Made by a program: the position numbers and the translations under genes. The notes beneath the pieces were generated by a model that had not been told where the DNA came from, searched no databases, and saw only the letters and a list, made by a program, of their open reading frames with translations. A stretch of DNA of 63,861 nt, the filler included, from Reticulomyxa filosa (lineage: Eukaryota > Protista > Foraminifera), in NCBI GenBank assembly GCA_000512085.1. It is 18 parts of 18 records of this genome, joined end to end, with 100 filler letters (N's around TTAATTAATTAA, not from the genome) between each part and the next. Parts side by side here need not be neighbours in the genome. Positions count along the whole stretch, not along the records: positions 1 to 4,474 come from ASPP01005660.1; positions 4,575 to 5,622 come from ASPP01050524.1; positions 5,723 to 12,488 come from ASPP01023641.1; positions 12,589 to 14,256 come from ASPP01050163.1; 14 more parts are not named here. One strand, given 5' to 3'. Below are positions 1 through 12,707 of the stretch, piece by piece. Each line of letters opens with the position of its first letter. Position 1 is the first letter of the stretch.

Positions 1-1348
1 TTTTTATCAGGTTTTTTTTTTTTTTTTTCTTGCAAATGATAGTAGTGAAGAACAAGTATGTCGTGTATGTGATAATGATGATGATGACATGTTTATGGGG
101 GGGGTGGCGAAAAGTTTCCGACAACTTCCATCCGTGAGATCAAAATTCTTCAAACGTTAAACCATGACAACATTGTTCGATTGATCGAGGTTGTTAGAAG
201 CTCGTTACGAGGATAGTTAAGTGAACATAAAAGAAGAGGTGAGGGTAATAGAGACGTACATTTTATATATTTGTATATGTACATATATATATGTATATTA
301 TAATATATTATAATTTGCCTTGTTGGATTAGTGTGTTCCTCGTGTTTGAATACTTTGAACACGATTTGGGATATTTGGTGGATCAAAAAGGGCGTCCATT
401 TTCAGAAAGCGAAGTGAAATGCATAATGCTGCAGCTGCTTTGCGCGGTGGAGTATGCGCATCGACAGTTTATCATCCATCGCGACATCAAACTCTCTAAT
501 CTGCTAATGAACAATGTCGGCAGAGTAGTGCTGGCTGATTGGGGGTTGGCCAGATTATATTCGCATCCTTTGGAAGCTCATACACCTAAAGTCGTTACCT
601 TGTGGTATGTTGTGAGATAATAATATAATTGTATTTGGGTCTTGTTTGTTTGTTGCACGTGTTAAACTTTTTTTTTTTTTTTTTACATTAAGACACGCAT
701 ATGTGCTTGACTTGTGAGAGGTATCGAGCCCCAGAATTGTTGTTTGGTGTTGAAAAATATCACACTGCTGTAGACATGTGGTATGTAATAAAAAATATAT
801 TTACTTAGATTTCTATTGTTTTATGGATACACTACAAAATTGGGGTGATATACACTGGATAGGTCCGTTGGATGCATCTTTGCTGAACTCTTATTACATC
901 ATCCCTTGATGCCAGGCAAAACCGAGTTAGAACAAGTCCAAATGATTTATGAATTGCTTGGAACACCCAATGATCACATTTGGCCAGGCTTTTCCAGATT
1001 GCCTTTAGTCAAAAATAGTACATACAAAGATGTGCAAAAACACAAGTTACAACATTTTTTATCACCTATTATATGTATACATAAATGCATTTTGCATATA
1101 TGTGTAAATGAACGGGGGAGAACAGGTTCAACGAAATTGAAAATATATTTAATGCATATAAGCCTAGTTGTTTGGATCTTATGAAACGATTTTTAGCTTA
1201 TGATCCAGCAAAGAGAATTAGTGCCGGAGATGCAATCAAACATCCTTATTTTAAGGAAACACCTTTGGCCGTAGCAAGAGAGTTAATGCCCACATTTCCG
1301 CCCAAATGCAAATACAAACAACCAATGCAAAAGCCAATAGTACGTTAA
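1..1348 (+). CDS. Cyclin-dependent kinase, CDK10/CDK11-like (5'-partial, spliced; exons ~114-215, 332-605, 721-780, 863-1045, 1126-1348)
   Basis: Manual splicing at GT-AG sites gives FPTTSIREIKIL, VFLVFEYFEHDL, HRDIKLSNLL, LADWGLAR, TPKVVTLWYRAPELLFG, DMWSVGCIFAELL, YDPAKRISA and ELMPTFP, with stop TAA at 1346-1348. Confidence 0.9.
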
Positions 1349-1945
1349 TGTTTTCTTACTTCCTCACTACAGTAGACATGTATAATGTCTTTTCAAGCTT
1401 TCTCTTTTTTGAAAGATATTTGCAAGAACTGCACGCATTCATTATTAAAATTATACTTTTTTAAAACTTATTTCGCAATTCGCATTTATTAAAAAAAGAA
1501 CCCGACCGAATCTAACAAGTAAACATGGAATGAATATTCTCCAATATTTGTAAATTGTTTTTTTAGGAAAAAAATAGTGTATCAATTTTCCAATTAGAGG
1601 CAGTCAAAAAAAACGATTGGATATTTCTTTTTTTCCAGTAGATGTGTTGATGCACTTGTTATTAACCGATATTGCCACCAAAGCCCGTTTATAAAACGAA
1701 ATTCAGAAGTTTTCTTGAAACAAATTTTGAATTTTCAAAAATTTTTTGTTGCACAGTAACTTTGGTAATTACATCATATATGAACTTGGAAAATTGGTGA
1801 ATAATAAAATATTGTGAAAAAAGACAAGTTTGTAAAAATGTTGACACAAAGAATTTCTCCAAAACATCAAACAGTTTTCATCTAGAAAACAAATGGATGG
1901 GTTATAACAAACCAAAACCTTTTTTCCTTCGTTTCCATTTGATTC

Positions 1946-4435
1946 TTACCAACTGCTTCTGCCGTACTGTGGTGTTATTTTTTGTTAAGCCACAAAAACA
2001 ATCATGAATGAAACAAACATAATAGTTCAATTTGTCAATTAAACAAATAAGCAGGAGGACATAAATGTCCAAAAGTACAAACCTGAAATTTTAAACGAAT
2101 CAAATATTTCATTCGGATTCTTGCAGTGTCGTAAACAATATATTCATTGTAAAGCAAAGAGCCAGCGAAATTTGTGTCGTTAACACAACTTCCGACAGGA
2201 ACAATGCAACCATCAGGCAGAGTCTTCCATGTGGATTTATTAGGTGAGTTTGCACCGACACCTCGAGTAGAATGCTTTCCAGGAGGCAATTCATTGGCGT
2301 AATAATCAGCATAAAGTTTGTCATTCATTTCTCCCAGAGCGACCTCACACAACAAAATCAATCCTGTGGGATTCGATGGAGAAGTAAAACAATAGTTGGC
2401 AGACTTGCTCGACATGTCTGCAAAATAAACACCTTTTCCAAACATATAACCAGTAACAGGTGCTTCTGGTGGAGCAATGCGTAGCCCTTGAGACAGAATA
2501 CCAACAAAATTGGTCAATCGACTGCCATGCCATAAAAGCATACGATTGTGGTCTGAGCTATGCGCTTTAAATTTGCTCTCTTCGTGTTCGCGCTCCACAG
2601 CATAAATCCGGTCGACTTGTAATTTATAGTTGTCATGTGTAGAAGCATGTGTTAATTGAAGATAATCAGCCAATAATTTGAACATTTCATCGGTTTCGAG
2701 TATCGGTGATAATTTACAACGTAGGGTCAAGTAATGTCTGTCGACAGGATGAACAGTTTCGGTTCGATTTTCAGTTTTCAACAATCGACTAGCAACTTCA
2801 ATTTCACTCAAGCTTTCTACTAATTCCATTTCTTTTTTCACCATTTCCAAGTCTTCAATGGGAGGAGGTACCCGAAATCCAAACGAATGTGGGATCAAAG
2901 TGTAATATCGGTTGCTTAACTCCACAAGGTCTGCCGAATTTTTTTTACTTTTTCGTTTCGTTGTCGTTTTGTCATCAGTGCCTCCCAATGCTTCTTCAAT
3001 CTCTTTTAACACTTGAAAAGCTTGTGTAATAATTGTTTTGTCGACTTTTCCCAAAGGTAGCTTTTCTGCATCATAACCAATTTCTTTCATTTGTGTTTCC
3101 ATCATATTTTTGTCAAATATCAGTGATACCAATTCCTGGACGTGATCGTGCAATGAACTTTTACACGATTTTTTTTTTCTCTTCATCTTCTTTCTCTGCT
3201 GCTTCATCTTTTTCTTCTTCATTTGCTGCGTTACTGGAATAATCCATTGGTAAATATGTGTACTCTCCAGCATGTGCAACAAAATCATCTCGTTCACTCC
3301 AATTGTTTTGCGTTTTCTCATAAAATTTTTTTTCAAATTCCTTCTGACATTTGTCAAGAGGTAGACACTTGAACGTCTTCCCAGCAACATATCCAATCCT
3401 ACCCCATTTGAACCACACATGATATTTTCCTCCGTCATCACTTTCCAATACTTGCAACTTGTAGTATTTATTGTTATTGCGTCCAATGTTCGTTTGGTTT
3501 AGCATTGCGTCCCAAACTACTCCATCCTTTTCCAACACATGACAAGAACTCGCCTGAGGGCACTCTTCGTCCACTGGCGCTTTGCCTTTCATCACAACCT
3601 TTTTTATCGTGCTCTTGCTATCTTTTTCGTCTTTTTTATCTTCCTTTTTATCCTCTTTTTTGTCTTCTTTTTTGTCTTCTTTTTTATCTTCTTTTTTTAC
3701 ATCAGATTTCCAAGCGAGATAATCTCCTTCAATATCCAGCCAATCACCTTTTTCAATGCAATCAAACAGCCACTTTTCTCTTGCAATGGAAACATTTTGG
3801 CTTTTAGCCGTTTCGCATTTGCCTGCGCTCAAATCCAAGTTTTGCGCGATAATCAAATAATCGACGTCTTTTATGTTGCTCTTGATAGTTCCGCCTTGTT
3901 CTTCAATTGCCTCTTTGATCTCAATTTGCGTCCACTCAAAGGTGCCAGCCAGTGCAAACGACTTTCCTTCGAATATTTTCTTTTTTTTTTCCTTTTTGTC
4001 TTCCTTTTCTTTTTTTTTTTCGGCCTTTTCTTTGTCCTCTTTTTCTTGTTCTTCTTCCGTTAATTGAAACGAAAAGCCGCCTTTCAATTTTTCCTGTGTG
4101 TGTGTGTGTGTAGCAAAGAAGGAAAAGGGAAAAGAAAAAGATAAACAAATGTGCGACATATTGTTTTCATGTACAACTTTGTTTTTGCTAAGTCATCATT
4201 TCCAACAATACACACAATAATAATAATAATAAAACCCTCATGACGTGAACGTAACAACAATGAACGCGACAGCAGATTCGAAGGCTTCTTCTTTGGTTCC
4301 AAACGAATTTTTCGAGCTTCTGCCTGTTTTCCCAAGTGTCGACTTGGTGGTTGTGTAGTCATTGCCTTCCAATTTCACACTAAAAAATTCACTGCGAGTG
4401 TTTTTCAACTCCACGACCGCACGGGTTTCCAACAT
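1946..4435 (-). CDS. Poly(ADP-ribose) polymerase: WGR-like, BRCT, (KKED)n linker, WGR, regulatory and catalytic domains; spliced, with one homopolymer frameshift at ~3169-3178
   Basis: PARP signature LLWHGSRLTNFVGILSQGLRIAPPEAPVTGYMFGKGVYFADMSSKSANY and LLYNEYIVY (H-Y-E triad). WGR domain NQTNIGRNNNKYY...KWGRIG. BRCT FEGKSFALAG...VDYLII...EKWLFDCI. ATG at 4435, short last exon YGRSSW*. Confidence 0.95.
3628..3698 (-). repeat. 12-nt tandem repeat encoding (KKED)x5 in the PARP linker
   Basis: Translation reads KKEDKKEDKKEDKKEDKKEDKKDE. Confidence 0.9.
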
Positions 4436-4474
4436 TTGTTTTGCTTTCTTTTTTTTTTTTTTTTTTTTTTTTTT

Positions 4475-4574
4475 NNNNNNNNNNNNNNNNNNNNNNNNNN
4501 NNNNNNNNNNNNNNNNNNTTAATTAATTAANNNNNNNNNNNNNNNNNNNNNNNNNNNNNNNNNNNNNNNNNNNN
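4475..4574. other. Artificial contig-joining spacer (N44-TTAATTAATTAA-N44), first of 17. The others start at 5623, 12489, 14257, 15803, 16978, 26902, 28002, 30231, 32398, 34285, 37216, 38558, 55143, 57620, 58902 and 62276.
   Basis: Each block is an identical 100 nt of Ns around a palindrome that gives stop codons in all six frames. Genes are truncated at its edges. Confidence 0.99.
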
Positions 4575-4575
4575 A

Positions 4576-5531
4576 CACAAATTAAAAAAACATTTAGCAT
4601 TATCAGACCTACTGAAAGAAACAGTAGCAAGATATGGTGATATATTTAATAAAAAAATTAACAAAACGGCGTATAAAATGAACGCATCTGGCTCAGCAAA
4701 GAAAAGAATAAAGGCCAGAATATATCGAGAATATGTAAATATAACATTTACATATGAAAAAAAATGGGAGCAGTCTGATGATTGTATTAATGATGAAATT
4801 ACATGTATCCATTTAAATGAATTACCTGTGATATTGAAATATCTTTGTGAAAAAGTATTGTGCGATATTGAAAACGAAGTAAAAAATGCTGATATTTTAA
4901 ATGCAGCGAATGCTATTTTGGATGCTATACTAAGTCAAAAAACTTATATTGCATCTAGTTGCACACTATCTAGTGTGAAATCAGATAGCAAACAAAATGA
5001 TACTTTTACTGCATTTCCAGACATACTTATGTCACTTAATGACAAAACTTGTCGGAAAGCGGAACTAAAGACACCTTTTGTTGCTGTTGATTATAAAATC
5101 ACCGGCAAGTTATTAATTTTTGATAATGAAAAGGAAAATCTTTCTAAAATATGGAAAAGTACGCGTACATATGTTGTTACGCAACAAGGTTAATAATTTT
5201 TTTTTTTTGCGAAATGTATTTTTTTTAATGCACAAAATAAAAAGGAGAAGGACGTATGAAATATAAAAAGATTAATAATAGATTTAAATTAATGAATCCA
5301 GTCCTTCAAATTGCTGTATATATGATATGGAGTGTAGCAATAGCTGGAATATTACTTGCATATCCACGTGCAGTGTGGTTTGAGATTGAAAATAATGAAA
5401 ACGAAGATGTTTTCAACATAAAAGTGTACCCTTTGTTGAAAATGAATTCGTTTGCGGATGGAATGGTCGAGATTGTGTGCATACTAAAGTGTGCAAGCAA
5501 ACTTGAGCCAAATAAAAAGATGTTTATATGA
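4576..5531 (+). CDS. Hypothetical protein with PD-(D/E)xK restriction-endonuclease-like motifs (5'-partial, one intron ~5189-5244)
   Basis: The frame is open from the contig start. A phase-1 GT-AG intron joins ORFs 4678-5193 and 5256-5531 in frame. Motifs: AFPDILM...PFVAVDYK...LQIAVYM...AGILLAY. Confidence 0.55.
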
Positions 5532-5832
5532 AAAATAGATGAAGATGAAGAAAAAAAGAAGATAAAGTGGAAAAAAATAAAATAAAAAAACAAAAAAGAA
5601 CATTTTCAGAATTTCAATCAGANNNNNNNNNNNNNNNNNNNNNNNNNNNNNNNNNNNNNNNNNNNNTTAATTAATTAANNNNNNNNNNNNNNNNNNNNNN
5701 NNNNNNNNNNNNNNNNNNNNNNTTTTTTTTTTTTTTTTTTTTTTTTCTTCCCTCTCTCTCCCTCTCCCTCTTTTCCAATAACAATAACAATAATAATAAA
5801 ATAAAGTTATATCCCTTGTTTTGATTCTATAG

Positions 5833-7259
5833 TGGAAAGGAGAATCCGTCCGTCGAAACGCCGCAGAATAACAAAGACCACGGAAAGTCCGCCTCTGTCC
5901 GCCACGTTGCTCGCGCGAGCACAAGACACAAACGCGCGATCGTCTCGAGCGAGACAAAAGTTCCAGTTTAACCACGACCACGACGACAACAACAATCGTC
6001 GGCTTAAAAGGTGCAGAGCAGCAAAAGCGCAGTGCAACAAAAACTCGAAAAGCAATCTCCAAGCGCGAAATACATTGGATATCACCGATAGCTCGGATTG
6101 GCTTTCTAAAGAAAAAGAATTTGATATTGAAATCGATGGTGATGATAATAATAATATTCATAATATCAATCATTATAATCATAATAATCATTATTATCAT
6201 ACTCATAATCATAATAATAATGAGAATAAAAATGATACTAATGACAATGATGACACTGATAAAAATAAAAAATTACAACTCCGCAAACAGGAAATATTTG
6301 AGGTAAATAATAGGCTTTTTTTGTTTGTTTGTTTGTTTGACAAAGCCATATTATGCGATGAGTATACAATATAAACTTGTTACTATCACAGAAATGCAAA
6401 AAAATCGGATGGAAGCCTTTGGAAAAAATTGAAGGTATACCATGTGATGTGATGCACGGACCACCGGGATTAGGGGACACTCCTCAAGTGTGGTGCAGAT
6501 ATTGCGGCAGTCGAGTGTCCGAAGTGTGGTACAATTCTGAAACAGCGATGCTTTGCTCATTTCACCGAAGGATGGGAGACCTTGTCTCTGCGACACAAAC
6601 AGACCCAATTGATCCGACTAAAAATAAGGAAATTGAGATCATGCACTTGAATTATTGCAAACTAAAAGTTAATTCCTCAAAAAAAAAAAAAATATCGCAA
6701 CTATATTCAATAATTGTTTCGCATTTTGTTATGTATATTTCTCTCCTCTCAGAAACAACAACAGCGGACCATTGCTCATGCCTTTCGAGTCAAGAATAAT
6801 AATACACTCAAACTCTTCTTTCAACAACAATCGCAAACCGAGGAATGGAAGACAAAGAAGAAAAAGAGAGAGAAAACGCAAACGCCAAAGAACAAACACA
6901 AACGCCCTCAACGCAAAACTAATTCTCGTCACGAGTGGACACACAAGAGGAAAAAGAACAAGAGAAGGTGTGTCGAGACATCGGAGGATAGCGACAGCTG
7001 CAGTACAACTGATAGCTCTTCTGCTTTACGCACTGGTAGTGACTCGAGTCTCGAAGAAGACGCATATGAAGTGGAAAAAATTTTGGATGATCGGATCATA
7101 ACAAAAAGCGGAGTAACTGAAAGACAGTATTTGATCCATTGGCTTGGATATGACTCAAGCTACAACACTTGGGAGCCTGAGTCGAATCTCAACTGTGATG
7201 AATTATTGGCCAAATACAAAGAAATGAAACCTATTCAACAAAGCACTACTTTTAAATAA
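5833..7259 (+). CDS. Chromodomain protein with a GATA-like CxxC/CxxH finger (5'-partial; exons 5833-6302, 6392-6667, 6753-7259)
   Basis: C-terminal chromodomain YEVEKILDDR...YLIHWLGYDSSYNTWEPESNLNCDELL. Middle exon WCRYCGSRVSEVWYNSETAMLCSFH. Both introns are in-frame phase-0 GT-AG. Confidence 0.8.
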
Positions 7260-9026
7260 CAAAATTTGAAGTGCACTTGTCATGTGAGACATAACAATTA
7301 AGGCAAATTGTAGCAGTTGCCTTTATGTAATTGATATAATGTTTTTCACGTTCAGATGTTCAAAAATTATGAAAAAGGTCACCAAAAAAAAAACAACTGT
7401 TTAATTGCTTATTTCTTTGTAAAAATAAAAAATTCAATTCAATGGAAATTAAAAGACAAAATTACAAAATGGTTTATGCTATGAAAATCTAAATACTTTT
7501 TGATTTGCTGCTTTTTATCTTTTAAAATTCAAATTATGTTAATATTTTGCTTGCACACAAAATCTCAATATTTAACAGGCGAATAACAATATTTTTTCAT
7601 TCAATACGAATGAAGCATTTCAAAGATTTTTTCGGTTTCATTTATGTCTTATCTTTACCGAATTATGTTTTGACAAGTTGCTGTTGTGTTTTAGTCACAT
7701 TTTATTACATCTTTTACTTTTCAGATATGAAATAAACAAACATATTAATTCTAATCCAAATATAAGCAAAACTACAATCTAAAAGAGAATAAAAAGGTAT
7801 ATTTCACCACTTAATTTTAGTAAGTATGCAAACAATGCTAAACAATATTAGAACTGTAATATATTACAATATAGTTTTATGTGTAAATAGAATGTAACTT
7901 GTAAAATGATTGATCCAAATTTGATATTAGTGCAATTGTAAACATACATTATATTATACTATAATACATATTTACATTATTGCTATTTGATATTGTAATT
8001 AACTTAAGTATTGTAGTATTTTATTCTCTTATTGTACAATATAATAATAATGTTACTCTTGATTAGTCATAACTAATGATAACGAACTGTCAATTTGTCT
8101 TGTTTCAAATTCTTTGTTGAACATTGGATGCTTTTGATAAGCTCACATATAATTATATTTATCTATATTTACAAATTAATTTTGGTTAATATGTACATAG
8201 CGCATATGATTACTAACCAACATTATATAATTTCGTGTTAATAATATGCTGATACTATTGTTGGTCCTTCTTGCCCATTTTTTTGCAAAAATATTTAAAA
8301 AAATAATTCGAAAAAATTCTTACAATCTCTTTTTACTTTTATACATAAAATAACTACTTTGTCATGCGACAATTGTTTCAAACATGTATAATTTATTCGA
8401 CAAATTCAATAAGTAATTGTCTAGCCACTGACATACTTTAATGCAAGGTTCAATTAAGTTAAAAATAAACAATTTTGCAATTTAAAGTTCTCACAAGTTG
8501 CGACTTTGCGGTATAATTGTTTCTACAGTTCTTTTGAGTTTGGTTGTACAATATGGGTTTTCCCACAGTGAAATTTTGTGGCCCAACATTTTGATGTTTA
8601 TGATAGTGCTGTAACTTTAACTGTTTAACAACAACAGCACAAAAACACATAATTTATTACTTTTATCCTGATTCCTGGTTGTTGGTCCCTTAACGATCTA
8701 TGTCAACTTTTGCGCTTGTATTGCATTTTGAGTGCACTAGTATCAAATCATCAAACTCAATTTTGTTAATGGAAAAATTGTTGGAACAAATTAACAATTA
8801 CTAAAACAAAGAATGTCTCACAATTTTATTTGAACAAATAAATTAAGATTTGCACTATAAGTGGATTCTTTTTTTGTTTTTGTTAGGTTTTTTATAGATT
8901 TTTTTTAATTAATGACTACCAGTATATCGTGTAAATTTCTATTAATGCGAATTTTGGAAAGCCTCCCAAGAAAATATGAGAAAAACGAGGTATAAGTTTG
9001 AAAACTCCTAACAGCGCCCTGCTGCA

Positions 9027-10427
9027 ATGTCACAGCCTCAATCATTATCAAAAATCGAGCTTGCTCCATCCGTCGCTGGGCGCTCAAATAATAGTCTACA
9101 GGACAAGAATAATGTGGTCATTCGAGGTGCCTCATCTCCTCGCAGATCAGTGCAGCTGATGAACAACTACACAATTTCGACAGCAAGCCCGGCATTCAGT
9201 AATAGCATTGCTCAGAGTTTGCTATTTCCGATAATGAAACTATTGTTAATACTCCGAAATGCATTGTTGAAAATTCCAGCATTAATGATCGGTGGCATAA
9301 TGTTATTCATAGGATATTGCACATTGGGATTGGCAGTTCCATGGCGTATCCGTCAAGAAACGCAAGACCATGGAGCACCAGTGTTCACAGTAGTGTTGGC
9401 AATTTTTTTCGCTTTGCTTTGGATTTTGGATTTGCTTTCGTTCATCAAGTGCGTGATAACGTCAAGCGCCGTAAAAGATAACCCGTCTTCGTTTGTGTAT
9501 CGCTATCTAACTATCAATCAAAACAACAGCAGCAATGACCGCGAAGAAAACAATAGTCACTCCTCGCGGTTACGAGTCTGTGAAAAGTGTCAACAATACA
9601 AACCTATACGCGCGCATCATTGTAGCATATGTCAATCATGCATTTTAAAAATGGTGTGTTAATAACCCCCTTCTTTTAAAAACAGACAATAATAAATAAC
9701 GGAAATAAATAAATAAAACAGGACCATCACTGTCCATGGGTGTCCAATTGTGTTGGATATTACAACTACAAATACTTTTGTTTGTTCATTTGGTATTCTG
9801 CTTTGGGCTGCCATGTGTCATCTGTAATTTGCTTCTCGGACTTATATGTCGAATTAGCACAAGTTTTGCGGACCCTCCTTTTTGTCTTTCCTCCTTTCGA
9901 TCCAATGTACCATATCCGTTTTTTTTATTTCATCTTATCAAACAATAAAGACGTCATTTTTTTTGGGGGAGGGAGCAATAATTTTATAGCACATGCATAT
10001 ACATATACATATATATATGTATATAATACAAAAATAAAAGGGCTTCGCCCAACAATGGAACGTGCAAGAGTACAAGGGCCCAAAGAGCGGGTGGCTGTTA
10101 ATTAGCAGCGTTTTAACACTAGCTTTTGGCATCACACTAACTTGCTTTGGGTCATTTCACGCTTATTTGGTAAGCAAGGGATGCACCACTATTGAATTTG
10201 GTCAGGGTGGACATTATGGACGAACGGCTAAAGAAAACTTTGAAAATGTATTCGGCCAGAAGTGGTATTCATGGTTTTTACCAGTGCTTACTGCATCCGG
10301 AGATGGTTATGAATTTTCCATTCAAAATAGCACTTTTTCTAAAAAACTAAGACGTGGTTTTGAAAATGAAAGTGATTCATCCGGTGAAGAATCTGGATAT
10401 GGCATATCTGATATCGAATCTTCTTAG
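9027..10427 (+). CDS. DHHC-type palmitoyltransferase (exons 9027-9653, 9722-9862, 10041-10427)
   Basis: [25 protein letters not shown]|[19 protein letters not shown] across a splice junction, four hydrophobic segments, a TTIE motif and NFENVFG...WFLP. Confidence 0.95.
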
Positions 10428-11069
10428 CAAATTTGTTGTACTTTTCTTTTTTTTTGCAAGTCACAACATTTCTAAATTACATCAGTGGAGATGGTTTCAA
10501 AAAAAAATTTACACTTGTTTTTTCGCTCCCGTAACAAAATTTGTTTCAAAGTAACAGCTATTACTTATTCGTAAACAAAACCTAAAAAAGTTGTAACATA
10601 AAGTGAACAATAGCTTTGCTTTTGCAACTAATCAGTCGCAACAAATAGGAAATATGAACGGTATATCTGTCTATTATCCTCAGTTATAAATTTCAATCTA
10701 ATTGTCTCTAGCAATGTTAAGTGTAAATTACTTTGTATATCACTCAATTCACATTGCAAACGATTCAATATATAAATTCACAACAAGATCACAACTAAAA
10801 AATGGTTTAAAAATCCATGATATCTTAAATTAACGACAAAAAATAGCATATTGAAATGGATAAGGATTGTTTGCAAATAAAACTCATTTACTTTAAGTTT
10901 AAAATGTTAAGTAAACAACACAACCAAAAGTTCTTATGATCTTGAAAATCGATTCGACATTATTGAGTTTGTCAGAATTTATGAATAACTGAAAAAATAT
11001 AAAAAACTGACAACAATGTGATAAAAAGTATTTGACTCCTTCCAAAAAAAAAAAAAATAGTATTGCAAT

Positions 11070-12455
11070 CTAGAAAGTGGAGACTTTGCAATAATAGCAT
11101 TTTTGTTTCCACTTCCAGTCATCAATAGCGATCTCATTTTTGACTGACATAACAAACTCATTGTCAATGTTCCCATTTTCGCCTATGACCACATCTTGCC
11201 CATCAGCCGAAGTGGCGATATCGTTGGCAGAGACGTCTTTACCTTGGCGACGGGCATCGCCCCTGGCTTTCCTTTGATAGCAATGATAAGTGCACTGGCA
11301 CGTTTTTTTATCGAACGTGCACGGCACAATGCGATTGTCGACATTGGCAAGTGTATCTTGCACGTCGACATCGTCCTTTAATTCTTCATTCATGGTTTTT
11401 CCAGAATGAATTAATTCCGCATACTGTCTGGTCTTTACAATTTTGATGCACGTCTTGCTCACTTTGAGTGTGCCTAGACCTTTTGCTTGCAGTTTTAGTC
11501 GCAGCTCTGCAAAATATATTATGAAAGGCAAGCATATAATTGAGCATTGTTCCATATCAGATCGAAGCACACATATATGTATGTACATACATTACATATA
11601 GTAATACCTTGCAAAGCGTTGTTGTCAAACTGACATTGATCAGAGTCCGACGGCAATGAAGTTTTTACTTTTTGATAATTTTTTTTTTTTTTTTTTGGTA
11701 AGCTTTGAGTTGTTGACATCTGCAACAGCAGTAGTAGTGGTAGTGGTAGTAGTGGTAGTGGTAGTATGTGACTGGTCCTGATGGTCGCTGTCGCTGCTAG
11801 TGTCAGGAACAGCTTCGTGCCAGCCTTGCTGCCATTCTTGGAACGGATGATCAGAAGGCCGCGATTTGAAGGGCATAATGATAACAAAACTGACCGTGTC
11901 GCGCTTGAACACGTAGCTCTGTTGCAAGGCATCGATGCAATTATGCAAGTAATCGACGTCCCAGAAGGGAAATTTGATGATGAGGCGAATGTACAAAAAC
12001 GTCAAATTCATTTCCTCTTTTCGCTCCAAAAAGTAGCGCAGCTGATCCAAGAGATGAATATTGTGCATGGCGCCAGTGCGCTTGGTGATGATTACAAATA
12101 ATTTGAGCTGCTTGCAGCTGTTGCTCATCTGAGACGAATAGTACCAGTAGTTGTAATAATAATTCAGCCACGAAGTATTGCCCGTCGAATTGAATTCGTT
12201 GAAGCGATTGTTTTCGTTTTTGTTTAAATGCTCCAACAGAAAGTGCAGCTGCTGGATTTTCGATTGCTTGCCATAAATGACTTGCAGGCGCTTCAGCGAC
12301 GGCAAATGATGAAAGTATTCGGCCAAATACAGCATGTTGTTGTCAGACAAGTGCACGCACAGCTCTTCCAAGCCAAAGAACACTTTGTGGTTCTTTTCGA
12401 CAGACTCGTCTAGTCTTTCGTGATTCTTGCCTATCACGCCGGCACTTCTAACCAA
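11070..12455 (-). CDS. Hypothetical protein (spliced, probably 5'-partial) with a poly-Thr tract and a Cys/His-rich C-terminus
   Basis: Long ORFs of higher GC content (11640-12455, 11070-11588) separated by an AT-rich intron-like segment. No family recognised. Confidence 0.55.
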
Positions 12456-12707
12456 ACAGACATATCACATAATAAATATACATATATANNNNNNNNNNNN
12501 NNNNNNNNNNNNNNNNNNNNNNNNNNNNNNNNTTAATTAATTAANNNNNNNNNNNNNNNNNNNNNNNNNNNNNNNNNNNNNNNNNNNNTTCAAAAATGGG
12601 AGGTTCAATGAAGACATTCACCTTAACAACATCTTGCTTATGCCCGATGGACATCTTTGGCTTATTGACCACGTCCAATTGAAGTACCTTTCAAAGGAAG
12701 AATTCGC

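Noticed and set aside
3505-4067. Phe/Leu-rich plus-strand ORFs, and similar poly-Ile or poly-Leu ORFs elsewhere, as membrane proteins
   Set aside because: They are antisense or off-frame translations of Lys/Glu-rich coding sequence and microsatellites.
4519-4530. Recurring TTAATTAATTAA palindrome as a CRISPR-like repeat or regulatory site
   Set aside because: It is always embedded in exactly 44+44 Ns and is an assembly linker. ORFs ending in XXX-LIN are artefacts.
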